Below are positions 54,188 through 64,000 of a stretch of DNA of 64,000 nt, one piece after another. How positions within the stretch are numbered: the stretch's first letter is position 1; each line of letters opens with the position of its first letter. The notes under the pieces are model-generated. The model did not search any database. It was not told the origin of the DNA and was given only the letters and a program-made list of their open reading frames with translations. A program made the position numbers and the translations under genes. The stretch comes from Heptranchias perlo. Lineage: Eukaryota. Where the stretch lies: positions 32,488,001 through 32,552,000 of the forward strand of contig NC_090331.1 in NCBI RefSeq assembly GCF_035084215.1, given 5' to 3'.

Positions 54188-54788
54188 CAAGGATGTCTTA
54201 CTGCAGTTATACAGGGCCTTGGTGAGATCACACCTGGAGTATTGTGTGCAGTTTTGGTCACGTTACCTAAGAAAGGATATACTTGCCACAGAGGGAGCAC
54301 AGCGAAGGTTCACCAGACTGATTCCTGGGATGGCAGGATTGTCGTATGAGGAGAGATTGGGTCGACTAGAGTTTAGAAGAATGAGAGGCGATCTCATTGA
54401 AATGTATAAAATTCTGACAGGGCTAGACAGACTGGATGCAGGGAGGATGTTTCCTCTGGCTTGGGGGGGGGGGTCTAGAGCGAAGGGGTCACAGTCTCAG
54501 GATATGGGGTAGGGCATTTAGGACTGAGATGAGGGGAAATTTCTTCACTCAGAGGGTGGTGAACCTGTGGAATTCTCTACCACAGAAGGCTGTGTAGGCC
54601 AAGTCACTGAATATATTTAAGAAGGAGATAGATAGATTTCTAGACAGAGAAGGCATCAAGGGGTATGAGGAGAGAGTAGGAATATGGTATTGAGATAGAG
54701 TATCAGCCATAATCATGTTGAATGGCAGAGCAGGTTTGAAGGGCCAAATGGCCCACTCCTGCTCCTATTTTCTATGTTTCTATGTTCT
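54188..54788 (+). mobile_element. CR1 3' fragment
   Basis: ORF 54219-54512; tail ttctatgtttctatgttct. Confidence 0.92.
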
Positions 54789-54799
54789 GAAGGTGATAT

Positions 54800-55155
54800 T
54801 TATGCTGGGGTATAAAACCACAAACAGCCAAAGCCTTCCACTACCTCGTCCAAGTGACCATTCTTGTATAGTGAGGTTAGATACTGAGTGTCAGACAGCT
54901 ATTTGACTACAGGTAGCATAGGTGGAGGACAGTTATGTGGAAACTGGATCATAGCCAACTCTCATTTGGCATCTATACATGTGCACTTTCAACGTGGGTT
55001 GTTGGATAGTAATAATTTACTTTAATAGTAGGCAGCACTGCTAACTTTTCCTTCTTTAACCAGGGATGCTAAGGCTGACTCATCAGAGACCAGAAATTGG
55101 GCCTGGAACCTTCATGGTCTGTGTGGCTTAGTACCAAACTGTGATGCATTTAGTT
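54800..55155 (-). mobile_element. Degenerate SINE (family of 9490-10132)
   Basis: Shared blocks with 9490-10132; tRNA-like head remnant near 55090-55150. Confidence 0.5.
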
Positions 55156-55347
55156 GCTTAGCCATCAGGGAGCTCTGGTTCACTATTACTTCAGTAATGT
55201 CTTTTAGGACAAATAATTTCTGTTGTGACAAAAATGTACCTTTTGGCTGTGTTGAATTTTTAATTTGTATTTTGTATTGCTAAAAACAACACTGAAGGTT
55301 ACGCAAAGTACTTCTCATCAGAAAAGCCATCAGCTTAGCCGTCACAT

Positions 55348-55411
55348 CTGTGGAATTCTCTACCACAGAAGGCTGTGTAGGCCAAGTCACTGAATATATT
55401 TAAGAAGGAGA
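55348..55411 (+). repeat. 64-bp exact duplicate of 54565-54628
   Basis: ctgtggaattctctaccacagaaggctgtgtaggccaagtcactgaatatatttaagaaggaga is identical at both sites. Confidence 0.97.
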
Positions 55412-55703
55412 ACAGCTGAGAGGAGCCGAGCCGAGCGGAGGGAGCGTCCGATAAAAGGCGGGATTTCAGAGCGCTGAGAACAGCTGAGAGGAGCCGAGCC
55501 GAGCGGAGGGAGCGTCCGATAAAAGGCGGGATTTCAGAGCGCTGAGAACAGCTGAGAGGAGCCGAGCCGAGCGGAGGGAGCGTCCGATAAAAGGCGGGAT
55601 TTCAGAGCGCTGAGAACAGCTGAGAGGAGCCGAGCCGAGCGGAGGGAGCGTCCGATAAAAGGCGGGATTTCAGAGCGCTGAGAACAGCTGAGAGGAGCCG
55701 AGC
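55408..55703 (+). repeat. 68-bp tandem monomer array (4 identical units plus a partial) at the CR1 5' end
   Basis: Unit gaacagctgagaggagccgagccgagcggagggagcgtccgataaaaggcgggatttcagagcgctga starting at 55410, 55478, 55546, 55614 and 55682. Confidence 0.98.
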
Positions 55704-55725
55704 GGAGCTGCGACCGAGTTCGAAG

Positions 55726-55795
55726 TGACGTCAGGAATCAGATCGGGACGCGACACAGGGGAGGCACCTGATTGGTGAGTAGGTTCAGGTGAGTA
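55726..55795 (+). promoter_or_regulatory. CRE + inverted CCAAT + splice-donor-like cassette
   Basis: TGACGTCA 55726-55733, ATTGG 55771-55775, GTGAGTA 55775-55781, CAG/GTGAGTA 55789-55795. Function inferred. Confidence 0.5.
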
Positions 55796-56025
55796 TTTCT
55801 CCTTATCTACAGTAACTGAAGTAAAAGGAAAGGGAAGGTCTGCAGGTCTTATAGGAAGTAGCGTTTATTTTTTAGTGAATCAAGGTCCCTAGTGTAGTTA
55901 ACATTCTCTAAATTGAGAACAATTTAAAGGAGTAAACTCCTTAAAGGGAGTGGTAAGTAGTTTTTCTTTCCTTTTTTTTTCTCTTGACATTGTAGTTGTT
56001 CTTAAGCTAATTTAAGGGTTAAGTC

Positions 56026-56973
56026 ATGGCAGGAGATCTCAGCGCCGTGTCATGTTCCTCTTGTGGGATGTGGGAATTCAGGGCTCCTTCCTGTATCCCT
56101 GATTCCTTCACCTGCGGGAAGTGTGTCCAGCTGCAGCTATTGTTTGACCGCTTGACGGCTCTGGAGCTGCGGATGGACTCACTTTGGAGCATCCGCGATG
56201 CTGAGAAAGTCGTGGATAGCACGTTCAGTGAGTTGGTCACACCGCAGATAAAAATTACTGAGGGAGATAGTGAATGGGTGACCAACAGACAGAGGAAGAG
56301 TAGGAAGGCAGTGCAGGGGTCCCCTGCGGTCATCTCCCTCCAAAACAGGTATACCGTTTTGGATACTGTTGGCGGAGATGGCTCACCAGGGGAAGGTGGC
56401 AGTGGCCAGGTTCATGGCACCGTGGCTGGCTCTGCTGCACAGGAGGGCAGGAAAAAGAGTGGCAGAGCTATAGTGATAGGGGACTCGATTGTAAGGGGAA
56501 TAGACAGGCGTTTCTGCGGACGCAACCGAGACTCCAGGATGGTATGTTGCCTCCCTGGTGCAAGGGTCAAGGATGTCTCGGAGCGGCTGCAGGACATTCT
56601 GGAGGGGGAGGGTGAACAGCCAGTTGTCGTGGTGCATATAGGCACCAACGATATAGGTAAAAAACAGGATGAGGTCCTACAAGCTGAATTTAGGGAGTTA
56701 GGAGTTAAACTAAAGAGTAGGACCTCAAAGGTAGTAATCTCAGGATTGCTACCAGTGCCACGGGCTAGTCAGAGTAGGAATGACAGGATAGCTAAGATGA
56801 ATACGTGGCTTGAGAGATGGTGCAAGAGGGAGGGATTCAAATTCCTGGGCCATTGGAACCGGTTCTGGGGGAGGTGGGACCAGTACAAATTGGACGGTCT
56901 GCATCTGGGCAGGACTGGAACCAATGTCCTAGGGGGAGTGTTTGCTAGTGCTGTTGGGGAGGGTTTAAACTAA
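56026..56973 (+). CDS. CR1 ORF1p: zinc finger, coiled coil, SGNH/GDSL esterase-like domain (315 aa)
   Basis: CSSC..CGKC, leucine heptads, GDSIV, HIGTNDI, DGLHL. Confidence 0.93.
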   Translation: MAGDLSAVSCSSCGMWEFRAPSCIPDSFTCGKCVQLQLLFDRLTALELRMDSLWSIRDAEKVVDSTFSELVTPQIKITEGDSEWVTNRQRKSRKAVQGSPAVISLQNRYTVLDTVGGDGSPGEGGSGQVHGTVAGSAAQEGRKKSGRAIVIGDSIVRGIDRRFCGRNRDSRMVCCLPGARVKDVSERLQDILEGEGEQPVVVVHIGTNDIGKKQDEVLQAEFRELGVKLKSRTSKVVISGLLPVPRASQSRNDRIAKMNTWLERWCKREGFKFLGHWNRFWGRWDQYKLDGLHLGRTGTNVLGGVFASAVGEGLN

Positions 56974-59908
56974 TGTGGCAGGGGGATGGGAACCGATGCA
57001 GGAAGTCAGTGGGAAATAAAGTGGTGACAGAAACAAAAGGCAGTAAGGGAGAGTGTACAGAACATGACCGGACAGATGGTCTGAGAAAGCAGGGCAAAGA
57101 CCAAGGGAAGACTAGATTAAACTGCATTTATTTCAATGCAAGAAGTCTGATGGGCAAGGCAGATGAACTCAGGGCATGGATGGGTACATGGGACTGGGAT
57201 GTTATAGCTATTACTGAAACATGGCTAAGGGAGGGGCAGGACTGGCAGCTCAATGTTCCAGGGTACAGATGCTATAGGAAAGATAGAGCAGGAGGTAAGA
57301 GAGGAGGGGGAGTTGCGTTCTTGATTAGGGAGAACATCACGGCAGTAGTGAGAGGGGATATATCCGAGGGTTCACCCACTGAGTCCATATGGGTAGAACT
57401 GAAAAATAAGAAGGGAGAGATCACTTTGATAGGATTGTACTACAGACCCCCAAATAGTCAACGGGAAATTGAGGAGCAAATATGTAAGGAGATTACAGAC
57501 AGCTGCAAGAAAAATAGGGTGGTAATAGTAGGGGACTTTAACTTTCCCAACATTGACTGGGACAGCCATAGCATTAGGGGCTTGGATGGAGAGAAATTTG
57601 TTGAGTGTATTCAGGAGGAATTTCTCATTCAGTATGTGGATGGCCCGACTAGAGAGGGGGCAAAACTTGACCTCCTCTTGGGAAATAAGGAAGGGCAGGT
57701 GACAGAAGTGTTAGTGAGGGATCACTTTGGGACCAGTGATCATAATTCCATTAGTTTTAAGATAGCTATGGAGAAGGATAGGTCTGGCCCAAAAGTTAAA
57801 ATTCTAAATTGGGGAAAGGCCAATTTTGATGGTATTAGACAGGAACTTTCAGAAGTTGATTGGGAGAGTCTGTTGGCAGGCAAAGGGACGTCTGGTAAGT
57901 GGGAGGCTTTCAAAAGTGTGTTAACCAGGGTTCAGTGTAAGCACATTCCTTATAAAGTGAAGGGCAAGGCTGGTAGAAGTAGGGAACCTTGGATGACTCG
58001 GGAGATTGAGGCACTAGTCAAAAATAAGAAGGAGGCATATGACATGCATAGGCAGCTGGGATCAAGTGGATCCCTTGAAGAGTATAGAGATTGCCGGAGT
58101 AGAGTTAAGAGAGAAATCAGGAGGGCAAAAAGGGGATATGAGATTGCTTTGGCAGATCAGGCAAAGGTGAATCCAAAGAGCTTCTACAAATACATAAAGG
58201 GCAAAAGGGTAACTAGGGAGAGAGTAGGGCCTCTTAAGGATCAACAAGGTCATCTATGTGCGGAACCACAAGAGATGGGTGAGATCCTGAATGAATATTT
58301 CACATCGGTATTTACGGTTGAGAAAGGCATGGATGTTAGGGAACTTGGGGAAATAAATAGTGATGTCTTGAGGAGTGTACATATTACAGAGAGGGAGGTG
58401 CTGGAAGTCTTAACGCGCATCAAGGTAGATAAATCTCCGGGACCTGATGAAATGTATCCCAGGACGTTATGGGAGGTTAGGGAGGAAATTGCGGGTCCCC
58501 TAGCAGAGATATTTGAATCATCCACCGCTGCAGGTGAGGTGCCTGAAGATTGGAGGGTAGCAAATGTTGTGCCTTTGTTTAAGAAGGGCGGCAGGGAAAA
58601 GCCTGGGAACTACAGACCAGTGAGCCTGACATCTGTAGTGGGTAAGTTGTTAGAGGGTATTCTGAGGGACAGAATCTACAGGCATTTGGAGAGGCAGGGA
58701 CTAATTAGGAACAGTCAGCATGGTTTTGTGAGAGGAAAATCATGTCTCACGAATTTGATTGAGTTTTTTGAAGGGGTAACCAAGAAGATAGATGAGGGCT
58801 GTGCAGTAGACGTGGTCTACATGGACTTCAGCAAAGCATTTGACAAGGTACCGCATGGTAGGTTGTTACATAAGGTTAAATCTCATGGGATCCAAGGTGA
58901 GGTAGCCAATTGGATACAAAATTGGCTTGACGACAGAAGACAGAGGGTGGTTGTCGAGGGTTGTTTTTCAAACTGGATGCCTGTGTCCAGCGGTGTGCCT
59001 CAGGGATCGGTGCTGGGTCCGCTGTTATTTGTTATTTATATTAATGATTTGGATGAGAATTTAGGAGGCATGGTTAGTAAGTTTGCAGATGACACCAAGA
59101 TTGGTGGCATTGTGGACAGTGAAGAAGGTTATCTAGGATTGCAACGGGATCTTGATAAATTGGGCCAGTGGGCCGATGAATGGCAGATGGAGTTTAATTT
59201 AGATAAATGTGAGGTGATGCATTTTGGTAGATCGAATCGGGCCAGGACCTACTCCGTTAATGGTAGGGCGTTGGGGAGAGTTATAGAACAAAGAGATCTA
59301 GGAGTACAGATTCATAGCTCCTTGAAAGTGGAGTCACAGGTGGATAGGGTGGTGAAGAAGGCATTCAGCATGCTTGGTTTCATTGGTCAGAACATTGAAT
59401 GCAGGAGTTGGGATGTCTTGTTGAAGTTGTACAGGGCATTGGTGAGTACTGTGTACAGTTCTGGTCACCCTATTATAGAAAGGATATTATTAAACTAGAA
59501 AGAGTGCAGAAAAGATTTACTAGGATGCTACCGGGACTTGATGGTTTGACTTACAGGGAGAGGCTAGACAGACTGGGACTTTATTCCCTGGAGAGTAGGA
59601 GGTTAAGGGGTGATCTTATAGAAGTCTATAAAATAATGAGGGGCATAGATAAGGTCGATAGTCAAAATCTTTTCCCAAAGGTAGGGGAGTCTATAACGAG
59701 GGGGCACAGATTTAAGGTGAGAGGGGAGAGATACAAAAGGATCCAGAGGGGCAATTTTTTCACTCAAAGGGTGGTGAGTGTCTGGAACGAGCTGCCAGAG
59801 GCAGTAGTAGAGGCGGGTACAATTTTGTCTTTTAAAAAGCATTTGGACAGTTACATGGGGAAGATGGGTATCGAGGGATATGGGCCAAGTGCAGGCAATT
59901 GGGACTAG
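56973..59908 (+). pseudogene. CR1 ORF2p (APE endonuclease plus RT), single frameshift near 59445
   Basis: 841-aa ORF (YFNARS, ITETWL, GDFN, SDHN, QGSVLGP, FADD); the C-terminus continues in another frame (ORF 59399-59908). Confidence 0.95.
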
Positions 59909-60252
59909 CTTAGTGGTATAAACTGGGCGACATGGACATGTTGGGCCGAAGGGCCTGTTTCCATGTTGTAACTTCTATGATTCTATGATTCTATCAATCA
60001 CAAACATTGTTAAACCTTGGCGATTCATACAATATGGATGGATAAATTTTCATCCTGGTAATTATTTTAGAGGCAATGACCTCTTGTTTAAGTATAATTA
60101 TCTGCAGTGACGTTTTCAAACCACTTTGACACAGATCAAAGAGTTAGTCAAACCCACTACCCCAGGCTGGTCCTGACAGCTATGTTTGAGATCTTTGAGA
60201 AGGTCGTCGATTGGGTGTCGTCCACTTTGACAAACAGCTCAGTGGCCTGGGG

Positions 60253-61894
60253 TGTTATAAACCAGATAGCCCGATGGTGAAGGATAGAATACTAGAGCCT
60301 GGTCTTCAGTTGCTTCCAAGCCTTTATTCACAGAGCTCCGCATCACACATACCATACCCTAGATAAGCTCTCTCATATATGGATACGAGAGCCCCAATTT
60401 TTTTTTTTAAAATTCGTTCATGGGGTGTGGGCATTGCTGGCAAGGCCAGCATTTTTATTGCCCATCCCTAATTGCTCTTGAGAAGGTGGTGGTGAGCTGC
60501 CTTCTTGAACCGTTGCAGTCTGTGTGGTGAAGGTTCTCCCACAGTGCTGTTAGGAAGGGAATTCCAGGATTTTGACCCAGCGACGATGAAGGAACGGCGA
60601 TATATTTCCAAGGTGGGATGGTGTGTGACTTGGAGGGGAAAGTGCAGGTGGTGTTGTTCCCATGTGCCTGCTGCCCTTGTCCTTCTAGGTGGTAAAGGTC
60701 ATGGGTTTGGGAGGTGCTGTCGAAGAAACCTCGGTTAGTTACTGCAGTGCATTCTGTGGATGGTATACACTGCAGCCACTGTGTGCCGGTAGTGGAGGGA
60801 GTGAATGTTTAGGGTGGTGGATGGGGTGCCAATCAAGCAGGCTGCTTTGTCCTGGATGGTGTCAAGCTTCTTGAGTGTTGTTGGAGCTGCACTCATCCAG
60901 GCAAGTGGAGAGTATTCCATCACAATCCTGACTTGTGCCTTGTAGATGGTGAAAAGGCTTTGGGGAGTCAGGAGATGAGTCACTCGCCGCAGAATACCCT
61001 GCTCTTGTAGCCATAGTATTTATGTGGCTGTCCAGTTAAGTTTCTGGTCAATGCTGACCCCCAGGATGTTGATGGTGGGGGATTCGGCGATGGTAATGCC
61101 ATTGAATGTCAAGATGAGGTGGTTAGATTCTCCCTTGTTGGAGATGGTCATTGCCTGGCGCGAATGTTACTTGCCACTTATCAGCCCAAGCCTGGATGTT
61201 GTCCAGGTCTTGTTGAATGTGGGCACTGACTACTTCATTATCTGAGGGGTAGTGAATGGAACTGAACACTGTGCAATCATCAGCGAACATCCCCATTTAT
61301 GACCTTATGATGGAGGGAAGGTCATTGATGAAGCAGCTGAAGATGGTTGGGCCTAGGACACTGCCTTGAGGAACTCCTGCAGCAATGTCCTAGGGCTGAG
61401 ATGATTAGCCTCCAACAATCACTACCATCTTCCTTTGTGCTAGGTATGACTCCAGCCATTGGAGAGTTTTCCCCTGATTCCCATTGACTTCAATTTTACT
61501 AGGGCTCCTTGGTGCTATACTCGGTCAAATGCTGCCTTGATGTCAAGGGCAATTACTCTCACCTCACCTCTGGAATTCAGCTCTTTTGTCCATGTTTGGA
61601 CCAAGGCTGTTATAAGGTCTGGAGCTGAGTGGTCTTGGCGGAACCCAAACTGAGCATGGGTGAGCAGGTTATTGGTGAGTAAGTGCCGTTTGATAGCACT
61701 GTCGACGACACCTTCCATCACTTTGCTGATGATTGAGAGTAGACTAATGGGGCGGTAATTGGCCGGATTGGATTTGTCCTGCTTTTTGTGTCCGGCCATA
61801 CCTGGGCAATTTTCCACATTGTCGGGTAGATTGAGACACACCACCTGAATACAATTAACACCAATTGATATAAATCACACGGATACAATTAACA
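60253..61894 (-). mobile_element. Candidate ~210-bp solo LTR split by a LINE (60253-60397 plus 61831-61894)
   Basis: tgtta..taaca termini, AATAAA on minus near 60325; no convincing TSD. Confidence 0.4.
60398..61830 (-). mobile_element. 5'-truncated non-LTR retrotransposon (distinct from the CR1 and L2 copies; A-rich tail)
   Basis: KSNPANYRPISLLSIISKVMEG..QFGFRQ.HS..ALDIKAAFDRV; tail tgaacgaattttaaaaaaaaaa. Clade not securely assigned. Confidence 0.88.
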
Positions 61895-63078
61895 AAGGGT
61901 CTTCTATTATGCCTTTATTTTGGGCTTCATGTGTAATTGAAGAATCAATCTAGAGTCAGTATTTCAGTCTTGCAGCAAGCAGCCCAAGAGATCTGTATTT
62001 TAAGTTTTGTCTCAGGCAGATTGAAGCCATAGCATGTGAACTTCTGTTCAATGTTGAGACAAAAAGTGAGTATCCTCTTTATTATTTTATGTACTGAGGG
62101 GAATACAGCAACTTACATTTTACTGTTTACTGTTCATTTAACTGTCTTACATAAATAAAAGCACTTGTTAATTCAAAGTCTGTGGTTCAGTCTCGTCAGC
62201 GTGTGTATTCAATCCATTTTTCAAGGAATGGAGTACCATATGGCAGAACATATGTTACAAGTAGCCAGTAAAAAGCGCTAGAGTTGTCTGTTACAATCGC
62301 TGAGTCTCACTATTATTTATCTAGATATTTGGGCAGAGAGGTACGCTGTGGATTGTTGTAGGTGATGAGAATTCCACTTATGGGAGTAGCCAGTGATGCT
62401 GAACCTGAGAAAATATCTAGTGTAAAAACCAAAAAATATATCACCTCTAACAGTTGCGATAATCTGTTCTGAATACTTCTCTGCCTTGTTGAGTGCCAAG
62501 TGAAGTTTGTACTATAACAGATGCCATGCTTGCTGCAGCAACAGCTTTTATAATAGTGTGCAAGACACTACCATGATGAAACCACTCCTTCAGTCATGCT
62601 TTTTTAGCTCTTCAATTTAAACTTGTTAGTCCCACCAATATAATAAATAATATCTGCTTCAGGAAAATAAATGGTTAAATTTCAGGAGTTAAGAATGAGG
62701 CTAAATAATCCATACACATGTGCCAGTGCCTTGAAGTAAGATGACATAACTGCATTTCTTGGATTTAGAAAATGTCGATGTAGATTTTAAAAATATATAA
62801 TTCACATTATAACTGGAATGTCTATCACTCGAGTTTGGAGTGAAAACTCTTCATTCATTATTGCTGTAATTTATTCTGCAAGTCTGTTATTGTATAGTGC
62901 TAAAATTACAGATGCTGGATCAACTAATAATACTGGCACTGTATTTTGTAACGGGTATGCACATGAATTCAAAAAAATGCATTTTAAACACTGCACAAAT
63001 GGTATGGAAAAGGTAAATAACACATGAAATGGTTATTTTCAAAGCAGTGTTAGCAAAGGAGGGAGCAAAATCCCTTAC

Positions 63079-63140
63079 CTATTGTGCCTTTTCCCTCTGT
63101 ATCATTACTCGACAAACTTACAAGGGTAACACCACCAATG
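63079..63140 (-). CDS. SLC35F5: SLC35F5 coding exon (SIGGVTLVSLSSNDTEGKGTIG)
   Basis: 62-bp exon, poly-T AG acceptor, GTaagg donor; phase fits both neighbours. Confidence 0.92.
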
Positions 63141-63327
63141 CTAAAAAAAAACAAAAGTATGTTCATTTTATGTTGCAGGGGTTACTCCTGTAAGGATGGG
63201 AATAAAGCTGAATTGTAAGAGAAATACTGGAAACATTGTCACTGAATAAAAGGCATTAACTACAATCAAATCAAAAAACTGAACAAAAATGATACGGTTC
63301 AAATTTTACTAATACATCATTACATAC

Positions 63328-63415
63328 CTTAAAATTACTGCCAACAATTTGGATAATGTAAATCTGTCCCCACTGTTGCTAGGAAACATTGCAGCTAGAA
63401 GTAGGGTGAAAAGAC
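63328..63415 (-). CDS. SLC35F5: SLC35F5 internal coding exon ([29 protein letters not shown])
   Basis: 88-bp exon, acceptor tttacAG, donor GTatgt; translation matches remembered vertebrate SLC35F5 ([30 protein letters not shown]). Upstream exons lie beyond the window. Confidence 0.95.
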
Positions 63416-64000
63416 CTGTAAAAGAAAAAAAATCTTCAACCAACCAGCAAATTAGATTGGAAATGTAAAATGATCAAAAGTGTGTATATAGATCTCTTGG
63501 GAATGTATATTAACACAATCAGTTATTAGATTAAGAAGTCTAAATGTGTCTGAATCGTATTTAAAGTTGTAGAGATATAACTCAAAACATTTTTTATAAA
63601 GTTATAATTACTAGTGAATCTCTTATTGTGGTGTTTGTGGGTAGAGGATGCGGAGAGTATAGGCAGAAGGCATGCTGCGTCACATAAGGTGGTGGGAGCC
63701 AGGAAGGATGTTGCTAAGTGGGATTAGGTGGTTAGAGTTGCAGAGGGTGTTAACAGCTAGCTGAGCTGTTTTATAGTGCTCATTTATTTTACAAGTATCT
63801 TAAAAGATGTATCTAGACAAAAACATTAAATTAATAGTTAACAGCTAAAATTATTCAGATAACAGGAATGAATATAGATAGAACATAGTACGATCTTCAA
63901 TATTCCTCATTGAACTGGAGTCAACAATATTCTATTTCTGAAACAAATTTTCATAAAAATCACACCTTACTATTTGGTTTGTATCCTTCATCAGTCTGCA

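Larger units (their letters stand above)
55408..59994 (+). mobile_element. Young, near-intact full-length CR1 LINE
   Basis: Array, 5'UTR, intact ORF1, ORF2 with one frameshift, hairpin, and (TTCTATGA)n tail ending 59994. Confidence 0.97.

Noticed and set aside
55340-60003. TSD around the young CR1
   Set aside because: Only an offset tcaca match; not convincing.
38339-63078. Extra SLC35F5 exons or a nested gene in the 24.7-kb intron
   Set aside because: Flanking exons join in phase and give contiguous SLC35F5 sequence; the short ORFs are repeat-derived or featureless.

Overview
Eukaryotic (vertebrate) genomic DNA; the repeat content (CR1, L2, Deu-type SINEs, Harbinger MITEs) suggests a cartilaginous fish, which is an inference. 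The window holds the 3' half of SLC35F5 on the minus strand: seven coding exons at 63415-63328, 63140-63079, 38338-38234, 33963-33804, 28648-28558, 22358-22204 and 8760-8676. All have GT-AG boundaries with compatible phases, and a separate 3'UTR exon probably starts at 6241. The introns are packed with nested transposons. The standout signal is two apparently full-length CR1 LINEs of different subfamilies (about 10.2-16.2 kb, decayed; about 55.4-60.0 kb, near-intact). Each begins with a head-to-tail array of TATA-like-containing monomers (54 bp x ~31; 68 bp x 4.3), followed by the same TGACGTCA / ATTGG / GTGAGTA cassette, which suggests a modular tandem-monomer promoter. The young copy also carries a 64-bp exact copy of nearby genomic DNA at its 5' junction. 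No prokaryotic features, CRISPR arrays, rRNA or intact tRNA genes were seen. Boundaries of old repeats are approximate, and family names come from recognition, not database searches.
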